DNA from: Opitutales bacterium | GTDB lineage: Bacteria; Verrucomicrobiota; Verrucomicrobiia; Opitutales; UBA2987 | Assembly (NCBI GenBank): GCA_965226885.1 | Contig: CBDDEL010000016.1 | Span: 800,001 to 864,000 of the forward strand | DNA: 64,000 bases | Direction of reading: 5' to 3' | Shown: piece after piece, positions 43,926 through 54,560 of the stretch | Numbering within the stretch: the stretch's first letter is position 1 | How the letters are laid out: each line of letters opens with the position of its first letter | Translations under genes and position numbers: made by a program | The notes under the pieces: generated by a model | The model's input: the letters and a program-made list of their open reading frames with translations, nothing else | Told to the model about the DNA's origin: nothing | Databases searched by the model: none

Positions 43926-45250
43926 TGATGTGCACTGGAAAAAGTGGACACGAGATTCTCCTAAATGGAGAATCGAAGCATGGGAAGAAGACGCAGTATA
44001 GAGTTCAAAAATGAGGCAGTTCAACTGATGATACTCGATGGTCTGAGCGCCACCGAGGTATCGACCAAACTTGGGGTCAACACCAACCAATTGTATAGGT
44101 GGAAGAGGCTCTATCTGGACGATCAGCAGGGCGAAGCCACCTCAAAGCGACAGAGCAGTCCGAAGGAGATGGCGGCCGAGATAGATCGTCTTCGCAAAGA
44201 GCTGCGCCGCTCGGAGCGGATCAACCAGATACTAAAAAAAACGGTGGGCTACTTTGCCAAGGACGAACAATGAAGTACCAGTCTGTCAAAGACAACGAGG
44301 GGCGCTTCAAGATCGAGGAAATATGCTCGGCGATGGGGATTTGTCGCAGTGGCTATTACTGCTGGAGGCACCGAGCGCCCTCGGCCCGGCGGATCGAGGA
44401 CGAGGGAATCAAGGGGGCGATCCTGAAGGTACACAAAGAGGCCAAGGGCCGCTATGGGCATCGGCCAATGCACCGCCATCTGAAGGATGATGAGGGCATC
44501 GATTGCGGCCGTGACCGGGCTCTGCGTCTGATGCGTGAAATGGGAATCAAAAGCACCCAGAGTAAACGCTTTAAGCCATTAAAAACCAACAGTAACCATC
44601 CCTATGGTTACAGCCCCAATGTGCTTAAAAAGCATGGCCAGCCGACCCATATCGACGAGGTCTGGGTGGCGGACACGACCTACCTACGGACCCTGGCCGG
44701 GTGGATGTACTTGGCCACGGTGATGGACCTGTTCAGCCGACGCCTGCTAGGCTGGAGCGTTTCCAACCACAACGACGCGAAGCTGGTTGGCAAGGCCCTC
44801 AAAGCCGCGGCCATGACCCGCGGCACACTGCGCACCGGGATTATTCATCACAGCGATCGGGGCAGCCCCTACGCCAGCGACGACTATCAGAGGCTGGTCT
44901 CTGAACTAGGCATGAAGCCGAGCATGAGCGCCCAAGGCAACTGCTACGACAACGCGGCCATGGAATCGTTCTACGGCCGCTTCAAGACCAGCACGATTCG
45001 AGGCCGCCACTTTGCCGACGAGCGCGAACTGCGATCAACTGTCTTCGAATACGTGGAAATCTTCTACAACCGATATCGCAAACATTCCTCTCTGAGTTAC
45101 CAAAGCCCAGTCCAATTCGAGGAAAATATTTGCCCCCCATGGGGGGCAACGAGAAAACAAAACCCTTTACCAAAACAAGCCGCCTGACACACTAATCAAT
45201 AAACAATGAATATAAGAGAATCCCGTGTCCAACAAATCCAGTACACGTCA
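43926..45250 (+). mobile_element. IS3-family element A (1325 bp, 3-bp deletion in OrfA) nested in IS1380, TSD CCGG; OrfA 43980-44273, OrfB 44270-45187
   Basis: CCGG on both flanks; empty site GGCTAACCGGCGCATGG seen in other IS1380 copies. Confidence 0.95.
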
Positions 45251-45651
45251 CCGGCGCATGGCTTCCATCAAGGTGTAGGCCAGCGCCGACAAGAGCAATC
45301 GCCACTGATTGGCCCACCATTGATGGGCGCTGGTGCGCTCGCTGAACAATTGCATCTGTTCCTTGATTCGGTTCTCCATTTCACCGCGGCCACAGTATAC
45401 CTTGTCGTAAAGCTCCTGGGGATCGCCCGGCAGGTTCGTCACCACGAAGCGCGGGTTGGACCCCTGTGCGGTGTGTTCGGCTTTATGGATGACCAACCGC
45501 AGCCATCGCCACGAATCGGCAGCATAGACGAAGTCCTGGAATAACCGTTGTTTTTTACCCCTTAGTTCGAACCATTCTTTGGCCTGCTTTTGCAACTGCT
45601 GGGCGTCTTGCTGCAAGCGTGCATTGCGAGCCATCCCCACGATGTAACTAA

Positions 45652-47218
45652 CCCGGATATTTCGTAAAAAAAGTATCGTTGATATGCTTAACTGCTGATA
45701 TACAGCAGGATAGATCAATAATTAAAGCAATATCAGCGATGACAAAAGGTAAACAATTAAAGCTACAGTTGACAAGGGTAAAAGGCCGCCGTGTGCGGGT
45801 TGATTTCAAGGGCGGAGAGGTTACTTCGGATGCCGGACTGCTTTTGATCCGGGAAGTGGATCGGCAGTTGGGCTTGACCGAACGAGCGGCCCGACAGTTA
45901 GTGGACAAACGGCAGAAGGGCAAAGTACGCCATGAGGTATTGGGGATGCTGCGGCAGCGCGTTTACGGGCTGGTGGCGGGCTATGAGGATTTGAACGACT
46001 TTGATACCCTGCGCCACGATCCATTGTTGCAAACGGTAACGGGGCGCATTGAAACGTTGGCCAGCGCGCCGACTTTGTGTCGTTTTGAAAACGGGCAGGA
46101 TCGGCGGGCGGCCTTTGCGGTAAACGAGCTGTTGGTCGAACAGTTCATGGGCTCCTTTGCCGAGGAACCCGAAGAGATCATCCTGGACTTTGACGCCACC
46201 GACAATCCGGTGCACGGGCTCCAGGAGGGACGTTTTTTCCACGGTTATTATGATCATTACTGTTTTCTGCCGCTATATGTTTTTTGCGGTGATCAGCTGC
46301 TGGTGGCCTACCTGCGGCCGAGCAAGATCGATGCCAGCAAGCATGCCGGGGCCATCCTCAAATTGCTGGTTAAACGGATTCGCCAAAGCTGGCCCCGTAC
46401 GCGGATTATTTGGCGCGCCGACAGTGGATTTTGTCGAGACCGGATACTCTCTTGGTGCGACCGCAACGAAGTTAGTTACATCGTGGGGATGGCTCGCAAT
46501 GCACGCTTGCAGCAAGACGCCCAGCAGTTGCAAAAGCAGGCCAAAGAATGGTTCGAACTAAGGGGTAAAAAACAACGGTTATTCCAGGACTTCGTCTATG
46601 CTGCCGATTCGTGGCGATGGCTGCGGTTGGTCATCCATAAAGCCGAACACACCGCACAGGGGTCCAACCCGCGCTTCGTGGTGACGAACCTGCCGGGCGA
46701 TCCCCAGGAGCTTTACGACAAGGTATACTGTGGCCGCGGTGAAATGGAGAACCGCATCAAGGAACAGATGCAATTGTTCAGCGAGCGCACCAGCGCCCAT
46801 CAATGGTGGGCCAATCAGTGGCGATTGCTCTTGTCGGCGCTGGCCTACACCTTGATGGAAGCCATGCGCCGGTTAGCCTTAAAAGGGACGAAGTGGGCGC
46901 GGGCCCAATGGCACACCCTGCGGCTCAAATTAATCAAGATCGGAGCGGTCATCGTGCGCAACACCCGAACGATTCACTTTCACCTAAGTGAGAGTTATCC
47001 TTGGGCCAGTCTTTTCAACCATGCGGCCCGCCGATTGGTGCCAACCTAAAGGGTGCATTGGTGCTGCCCCCGGCACTACCGAACCAATGGGGGAAAGGGG
47101 GCAGTGTCTCTACACCCTGAAAAACACCTAAAAATCAAGACGATCTGCTCAAAATACAAAGAAATCCATCTCCAATAGCAATAACGAGCCAAACTTTACC
47201 CTTCATGAAATATCCGGG
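45652..47218 (+). mobile_element. IS1380-family element (1567 bp), complete
   Basis: IRs CCCGGATATTTC; CTAA on both sides. Confidence 0.95.
45679..47049 (+). CDS. IS1380-family transposase
   Basis: 456-aa ORF matching the other copies (likely start MTKGKQ). Confidence 0.93.
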   Translation: MICLTADIQQDRSIIKAISAMTKGKQLKLQLTRVKGRRVRVDFKGGEVTSDAGLLLIREVDRQLGLTERAARQLVDKRQKGKVRHEVLGMLRQRVYGLVAGYEDLNDFDTLRHDPLLQTVTGRIETLASAPTLCRFENGQDRRAAFAVNELLVEQFMGSFAEEPEEIILDFDATDNPVHGLQEGRFFHGYYDHYCFLPLYVFCGDQLLVAYLRPSKIDASKHAGAILKLLVKRIRQSWPRTRIIWRADSGFCRDRILSWCDRNEVSYIVGMARNARLQQDAQQLQKQAKEWFELRGKKQRLFQDFVYAADSWRWLRLVIHKAEHTAQGSNPRFVVTNLPGDPQELYDKVYCGRGEMENRIKEQMQLFSERTSAHQWWANQWRLLLSALAYTLMEAMRRLALKGTKWARAQWHTLRLKLIKIGAVIVRNTRTIHFHLSESYPWASLFNHAARRLVPT

Positions 47219-47564
47219 CTAAAGGGTGCATTGGTGCTGCCCCCGGCACTACCGAACCAATGGGGGAAAGGGGGCAGTGTCTCTACACCCTGAAAAACAC
47301 CTAAAAATCAAGACGATCTGCTCAAAATACAAAGAAATCCATCTCCAATAGCAATAACGAGCCAAACTTTACCCTTCATGAAATATCCGGGCTAAAGGGT
47401 GCATTGGTGCTGCCCCCGGCACTACCGAACCAATGGGGGAAAGGGGGCAGTGTCTCTACACCCTGAAAAACACCTAAAAATCAAGACGATCTGCTCAAAA
47501 TACAAAGAAATCCATCTCCAATAGCAATAACGAGCCAAACTTTACCCTTCATGAAATATCCGGG
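47046..47564 (+). repeat. Three perfect tandem copies of the 173-bp IS1380 3' tail (CTAA + 3' UTR + IRR)
   Basis: Units start at 47046, 47219 and 47392; each begins CTAAAGGGTGCATTGG and ends GAAATATCCGGG. Confidence 0.95.
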
Positions 47565-47571
47565 CTAGGTA

Positions 47572-49401
47572 GAGGCTGTCCCAAAAATATAAAGATTTTA
47601 TAGTCAACTGGATGACGTTGATAAAAAGAGCCGGAAAGAGCAAGTTTTTGCTCGATCCGGCCAAAAAAGGGTTCTATAATTGAGTTAGCGAAAATCAATA
47701 TAGCCCTTTCTATGAAAAATATAGCCATCCAATGCCTCCTGCGTCCAGCTTTAACTGTGGTCGACCGGTGCCTCGATTACGATAACTTCCGCGCCACCAT
47801 TGATCGAATCGATCGGCTGCTGATCGACTCGGAGGTGGAATCGCAGGCCATTGAGCTGGCCTTGGAGGGGTGGCCGCCAATGGGTCTAAAGGCCCGGCGG
47901 CAGCGGGCCAGTTTTGCCATCAAGGCACTGCGCATGGATACGCTGGGCCGTCTGCTCGGAGGGATTTCGTTTCGGCATTTGTCGCGGGCTCTGGGCAGCA
48001 GCGATCTGTTGGCCGACTTTTGCCGTGTCCGGCAGATCGATGGCATCAGGGGCATCTCCAAAAGCACCCTGGAGCGGGCCTCGAAGTTTTTCAGCGAAGA
48101 GCAGTTGAGGGCCTTGCACCGGACCTTGACTGAGGTGGTGGGCGATGCCCTTCTGGCCCGGCAGGTGGGATTGGACAAGCCGATTGACACCACCATTTGC
48201 CTGATCGACGGCACCTGTTTGGAGGCTAACATTCATTGGCCGACGGACTGGGTATTACTCAAGGATGTAGCCGGCACGTTGCTCAAAGCGATCCGGCTGA
48301 TCCGCGAGAAGGCCGGTTTGCGCCATCGCATGCCGATCGAACCGGAGCCCTTGGCTCGGCAGATGAATCGGCTGTGCATACAGATGACCCACAGAGATGA
48401 CCCACAGCCGGCGGCGAAAGGACAGCGCGCGGCAGCGCAAGGGTATCTTGAGGCAGATGAAAAAGCTGCTCAAACGGATCGGGGAGCATGCCCGCAGTCA
48501 CCGGGAATTATTGCAAGCCTGCTGGGAGCAAAGCGATTACAGCGAAAAACAGGTCCAACAGATCCTCGCCCGGATGGAGCGCATGAGCGAGCAAATCCCG
48601 GTGGTCATCAAACAGGCGCACGAGCGGATCATTGGCGGCCGGCAGGTGAAAAACGCAGAGAAAGTCTTGAGTGTTTACGAACTCGATGGGCAGGTGATTG
48701 TGCGAGGTAAAGCGGGCCAAGAGGTCGAGTTCGGCAACACCCTGTTTTTGGGAGAAAGCGTTGAAGGGTACCTGCTGGACTGGAAACTCTACGGCAGCCG
48801 AACTCCAAGCGAAAATGAACAAATGCTAGAGAGTTTGCAAAGACAGAACCGCTTCAACCTGGAAGAACCCATAGCGGCCATGTGCGCGGACCGGGGATTT
48901 GCCTCCCAGCGGGCCCGCCGGCAGTTAGCCCAGGAGGGAATCTACGACGCGCTCTGTCCACGCGATCCGAAGCAGTTGAAAAAACGGATGGAGGAACCAC
49001 TGTTCAGACAATTGCAAAAGCGCCGGGCCAGCACCGAAGGGCGGATCGGGGTATTGAAGAATCGCTGGCAGGCCGGGCGGTTGCGCAGCAAAGGCTTTGC
49101 CAACCGCTCGATCAGCGTAGCCTGGTCGGTACTCTCGCACAACCTATGGAAAGTAGCCAAGATGCTGGCCCAGCAAGACGAACTAAAAACCAAAGCGGCG
49201 GCCTAGAGAGCGGAAAAGCAAGGACAATACTTTTTCACAGCCTTACTGTCGGCTCATACAAAGAAAATCAGGCAACCGGACCCCAAAACCAGTATCCTAA
49301 CGTCATAGGAGAGCAAAGTTGATACTCTCCCAAATGCAAATACCTCTAAAATGAGCGCCTATCAAAAGCCCTCGCAAAAATCACCCTTTTGGGACAGCCT
49401 C
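47572..49401 (+). mobile_element. ISNCY/IS5-like element copy 3, TSD TAGGTA; transposase 47712-49206 frameshifted by a 13-bp duplication
   Basis: AGATGACCCACAG x2 at 48382-48407; 1830 bp = 1817+13. Confidence 0.93.
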
Positions 49402-49565
49402 TAGGTATCAGCCTTTTATAGGGCACATTCGATTGGCGGATTTTCCAGCCTCCCTCTCACTCCCCATGTCACTGTGCCCCCGTGAGAAAAAAATATCCGT
49501 GCCGTTCAGTGTCATCCGTGATTAATAATCAGGCAATAATTAACGGAACCTCCTTTTTCTATGAA

Positions 49566-52425
49566 ATGAAAACAAAACTCGGTAGTGTATAAAAAAAGAA
49601 TGTTATTTTGTATTTTTAGCTGTACAAATAGCGTTAGGCAGTTTATTCTTAGTGCATGGTTACTAAAATTATTAATTGTCGGCACTGTGGAAGTGAAAAT
49701 ATCATTAAATTTGGCAAGACGCCCAACCATAAACAGCGCTACCGCTGCCATGATTGTGGTAAACAAAGCCGCGAAACCCCACAGTGAAATACACCGAAGA
49801 GCAAAAAGAAATGATCCTTCGAGTCTATCAGGAACGCAGCAGTCTACGCGGTTTACAGCGCGCCTTCGGGGTGAGTCCCAACACCGTTTTGAGTTGGTTA
49901 AAAAAAACGACAATCGCTGCGACCGCTCAAAAGCACGATTCTTGCGGCCCGCCGCCATGATGTCATTGAACTGGACGAACTGTGGTCTTTTGTGGGGCGC
50001 AAGAGCGATGCCCAATGGGTTTGGATCGCTCTTTGCCGACGCACCCGTCAAATCCTCTCCTATGCCATTGGGCCTCGGGATTGGTATCGTTGCCGGGAAC
50101 TTTACGAGCGTCTGCCACGGGCCTACAAAAGATGTGCCACCTACAGCGACTTTTGGAGCACTTATGATGAAGTCTTTCCTCATAACCGATCCGTGGGAAA
50201 AGAAACCGGTGAAACGGCCCATGTGGAACGATGGAACAATACCCTGCGCCAACGACTGGGTCGTTTCACACGCAAAACCCTCTCCTTTTCCAAGCTTAAG
50301 AGTATGCATGAAACCTGTCTGAGACTTTTCATTCATCAATATAATCAAGAATTAGCCACCATTCCTACTTAATACACTACCCAAAACTCTACTACCTTAT
50401 AAGCCCTCTTGTTTTTGTATTATTCATTAACGGTAGTCTTACCGCTGAAGAAACCGATCCTTCTATTTTCAAAAATCTGGATGTCTTCGAAATCGAGCTA
50501 GCCGCTGATCCGCAGATTTCACCGGATGGCTCGCAGGTCGCATATGTTCGCAAATCGAATGACATTATGACGGACCGGGTCCGGTCGAATATCTGGGTCA
50601 TCAGCAGTGATGGCAAAAGCCATCGCCCCTTGTTGTCGGGCAAGAGCGACTATTCAAGTCCGCGGTGGTCGCCCAATGGGGATCGTATTGCGTATCTGTC
50701 GGGTACTGAGGGAGGGAGTCCGCAATTGTATGTCCGTTGGATGGATACGGGGCAAACCGCGCTCCTGAGTAATTTGCAAAAAGTGCCCAGCTCGATTACC
50801 TGGTCGCCCAACGGCAAGCAAATTGCATTTTCAATGCTCGTTCTAGCCGAGGAAACTATTTTGGCTAAACCTCCTGAGAAATCCGAAGGCGCCCAGTGGG
50901 CTCCACCAGTCAAGGTGATCGACAGACTATTCTATCGATCGGATGGCAAAGGATACTTGGAGGACGGCTACGACCACCTGTTTGTCATGCCGTCTGATGG
51001 AGGAACGCCCCAACAATTAACCACTGGCGGCTTCAACCATGAGGGTCCCTTATCCTGGTCTCCTGACGGGTCGACTCTCATCTTTTCAGCCAACCGGAAA
51101 GAGGATTGGGAACATGATTGGCGCGAATCCGAAATATGGTCCCTGCATATAGACAGCGGAGCGCTTTCAGCCTTGACCGACCGCAATGGACCAGACCGGG
51201 CCCCAACCTATTCGCCCGATGGATCGAAAATCGCGTATTTAGGATTCGACGACAGCGAAATGGAGTATGAAAACACCCGAGTCTATCTAATGAATGCCGA
51301 TGGCAGTGACAAACGTGTTTTGACGGATACATTGGATCGTTCCATTGAAGTGGTTCGTTGGTCGGGCAGTTCGAACCAATTGATGTTCCTCTACGACGAA
51401 CGAGGTAATAAGCGCCTCGCTTCACTATCCTTGCAAGGCCAAATGGAAACCCTGGCTGATGATGTCGGCGGGACTATTCATCGGGCGGCAGTTTTTCCGT
51501 CTCGGGCAACGGCGCCTACGCATATACCAGCACAACACTCTATCGGCCATCCGACGTCGCTGTGGGGCATCTAGGCAACGCGCCTCAAAAGCTCACCCGG
51601 CTGAATGAAGATTTCCTCGCCCACAAAACCTTGGGTCGGGTCGAAGAGTTGTCCTGGACCTCGTCTGTAGGGGATTACGAAATACAAGGATGGGTAATTA
51701 AGCCCCCGAATTTCGATCCCAACAAACAGTATCCGCTAATCCTGGAAATCCACGGCGGACCCCTGGCGGCTTACGGTCCCACCTTCTCTACGGAATTACA
51801 GCTATATGCCGCGGCAGGGTATGTGGTCTTGTATTGCAATCCCAGAGGCTCGACCAGCTACGGCTATGACTTCGCCAATGAAATTCATCACAACTACCCC
51901 AGCAAAGATTACGACGACTTGATGTCCGGAGTGAATGCAGTCATCGCCAATGGATATGTTGACGAGGATCATTTGTATGTAACGGGTGGTTCCGGCGGTG
52001 GTGTTTTGACGGCTTGGATCGTTGGCAAAACCGACCGCTTTCGTGCCGCTGTCAGCGCCAAGCCGGTCATCAATTGGACCAGTGAAATGTTAACAACCGA
52101 CATCATGGTTCACATAAAATACTGGTTCCCCAAAGCCCCTTGGGAAGCGCCGGAGTATTATTGGAAATACTCACCCTTATCCCTTGTAGGTAATGTATCA
52201 ACTCCCACCATGCTGATGGCAGGTGAGCAGGACCACCGCACACGAATTACTGAATCCGAGCAATACTATCAAGCGCTCAAGTTTCGCAAAATTGAAACCG
52301 CCTTGGTCCGCATTCCGGAAGCTTCGCACGGCATCGTCGCCCGGCCCTCCCACCTGATAGCCAAGGTCGACAATATTCTTGGCTGGTTCGAGAAATATAA
52401 GGAAAAAAAGGATACCGGGAAATAA
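49566..52425 (+). pseudogene. S9-family dipeptidyl aminopeptidase/acylaminoacyl peptidase; IS1 inserted after codon 5 and frameshifting deletion near 51475
   Basis: MKTKL|YYLISPLVF signal rejoined across IS1; WSPNG/WSPDG propeller repeats, IHGGP, GGSGGG nucleophile, DHRT, SHG. Confidence 0.9.
49581..50381 (+). mobile_element. IS1-family element (801 bp), 8-bp TSD CAAAACTC; insA appears frameshifted
   Basis: IRs GGTAGTGTAT/ATACACTACC; InsA zinc ribbon CRHCGS...YRCHDC, A8 slippery site 49900-49907, InsB ELDELWSFVG...SDFW...ERWNNTLRQ. Confidence 0.9.
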
Positions 52426-52486
52426 TAATCCAAAAGGCCAAACAAGACGGTCAAGAGAACGGTGCCCTAATTGCACTCAGCATCCA

Positions 52487-52535
52487 CCTATCTTGCACCT
52501 TGCATCCGGCATCCAGCATCTAGTATCTTGCATCC
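52487..52535 (+). repeat. Degenerate heptamer tandem repeat (NGCATCY x7) upstream of aroC
   Basis: CCTATCT TGCACCT TGCATCC GGCATCC AGCATCT AGTATCT TGCATCC. Confidence 0.7.
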
Positions 52536-52544
52536 AACAAAACC

Positions 52545-53639
52545 ATGGGCAACACTTTTGGAAAACTCTTCACCATCTCCACCTGGGGGGAAAGCCACGG
52601 TGGCGGCATCGGCGTGGTAATTGACGGCTGCCCGCCCGGCCTGCCCTTGAACGAGGAGGACATCCAGGTCGAGCTCGACCGCCGCCGGCCCGGCCAGAGC
52701 GACATCACCACCCAGCGCAAGGAGTCCGACACCGTCACCATCATCTCGGGAGTATTTGCAGGCAAAACCCTCGGCACCCCCATCGCCATGACCATTCCCA
52801 ACCGCGATGCCCGCCCAGAAGCCTACGCGGAGATGAAAGATAAATTTCGCCCCTCCCACGCCGATTTCACCTATCAGGCCAAATACGGCATCCGCGACCA
52901 CCAAGGCGGCGGCCGCTCCTCCGCCCGCGAAACCGCCGGGCGCGTCGCCGCCGGGGCCATCGCCCGCAAAATCCTCGCAATCTCGCACAAAATAGATATC
53001 GCCGCCTACGTCGAACGCGTCCACGACATCGCCATGCCACAGTTGGAAGGTCTACCCTCGCGCGAGGAGATCGACGCCAGCCCCGTGCGCTGCCCCCACC
53101 CCCCTACGGCGGAAAAAATGATCGCCCGCATCAAAGAAATACGGGCCCAGGGCGACTCCGTAGGCGGCCTCATCCTCTGCCGCGTGCGCAACCTCCCCGC
53201 CGGGCTGGGCGAACCCGTCTTCGACCGCCTAGAGGCCGACCTGGCCAAAGCCATGCTCTCCCTCCCCGCTGTCAAAGGCTTCGAAATCGGTAGCGGCTTC
53301 GCCGGAACCCATCAAACCGGCTCCCATCACAACGACATCTTCGAATCCCGCAACGGCCAAATCCGCACCCTCACCAACAACTCCGGCGGCGTCCAGGGCG
53401 GCATCTCCAACGGCGAAGAACTCTACTTCCGCATCGGCTTCAAACCCACCGCCACTATTCTAAGCAAACAAAAAACCGTCACCACCGAAGGCGAGGAAAC
53501 CGAACTCATCGGCCGCGGCCGCCACGACCCCTGCGTCGTCCCCCGGGCCGTCCCCATAGTAGAAGCCATGACCGCCCTAGTCCTCATCGACCACACACTC
53601 CGCCACCACGCCCAAAACAAATCCTTCCGCTTCGATTAA
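52545..53639 (+). CDS. aroC: Chorismate synthase
   Basis: [36 protein letters not shown]. Confidence 0.97.
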   Translation: MGNTFGKLFTISTWGESHGGGIGVVIDGCPPGLPLNEEDIQVELDRRRPGQSDITTQRKESDTVTIISGVFAGKTLGTPIAMTIPNRDARPEAYAEMKDKFRPSHADFTYQAKYGIRDHQGGGRSSARETAGRVAAGAIARKILAISHKIDIAAYVERVHDIAMPQLEGLPSREEIDASPVRCPHPPTAEKMIARIKEIRAQGDSVGGLILCRVRNLPAGLGEPVFDRLEADLAKAMLSLPAVKGFEIGSGFAGTHQTGSHHNDIFESRNGQIRTLTNNSGGVQGGISNGEELYFRIGFKPTATILSKQKTVTTEGEETELIGRGRHDPCVVPRAVPIVEAMTALVLIDHTLRHHAQNKSFRFD

Positions 53640-54560
53640 AGAAACAGAATTTAATCGATGGGCAGGCCGGGCGGAATGCTGAATAAACTCCCGTCCTCTA
53701 TTTGCTGGAAAAACCGCCTCCCTGGCTTGTTGTCCCCAAAAGTCCAAATCCAGCCGGAATTTCCCCCAAAAAGAAAAACCCAACGGTAAGCGTCTTCGTT
53801 AAGAAAAATCCATTCGCCCAAGCCCAAATCCCAAAGAAAAATAACCTCTTCAGTGCTATTCTGGGAAACAAATTGCCAGCCATGTTCATCATGGAAAATC
53901 CACGGCCAGAATTCTATATTGTAGTTGAGATACCATGGGGAAGCAAGCCATCCAGGGAATCCATCTATGGGGATTCCTCCAAATGGGGCGGCAATAGTCA
54001 ATTCCAATGCTCTTCGCGCATTTAACATTCCACCAGTTTTCACTTTGCCTTGAAGAGAATCGAGAGGAGTTACCGAATCCAAAAGTATTTGCCGCACCTG
54101 TGCCAACGTCAAATCCGGCCTCTGCGACCAAATAAGCGCGGCAACTCCGCTAACCATAGGCGCAGGCGCAGAGAATGAAGTCCCGTTACCAAGCCGGAAT
54201 TGGACTCCTTCTGTCTGAAATAGCTCTACACTCGATATTTCAACATTATCGATGTATACTCCATCTGCCTCTATCGATTCATCTGTTTCTAATCTAAATC
54301 GTAAATAAATTTGTTCGCCTTCATATGATGAGAGATCGATAGAAACGATCTCTGGAGTAGGTGGGGATAATATTTCTCCTTCACCAGAGCGAGACTTCTC
54401 AATATTCCACTCGATTTCGTCAGTGGAAACTTCAATGCGTAAGAAATCAAAATCTAATTCAAGTTGATAGAAAGTTTGAAATCTTAGTTGTGGTCCAATG
54501 TACCCAGATAGATCAATCCGAGGGCTTTTTAGATAGTTATTTGTGAATGGTTCATAATTA

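Larger units (their letters stand above)
41052..45651 (-). mobile_element. Partial IS1380 (3' half) carrying nested IS21 and IS3, truncated at an internal CTAA by another IS1380
   Basis: IRR at 41052; IS1380 sequence resumes at 43617 and 45251; ends at CTAA 45648-45651. Confidence 0.9.

Noticed and set aside
47050..47118. HDV-like ribozyme (P1/P2/P3 nested topology is reminiscent)
   Set aside because: L3 (CACUA) does not fit the HDV consensus and no catalytic C exists in the would-be J4/2 (GGGGAAAG); kept only as a generic structured-RNA candidate.
47046..47564. Possible CRISPR-like or ncRNA repeat array
   Set aside because: Units are identical 173-bp IS1380 tails with no variable spacers, and there are no cas genes in the window.
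49455..49525. ATCCGTG-like short repeats before the S9 gene
   Set aside because: Too few and too degenerate to support a feature call.
49512..50348. 278-aa minus-strand and 245-aa plus-strand ORFs over IS1
   Set aside because: Shadow frames of the IS1 insA/insB region; no independent motifs.
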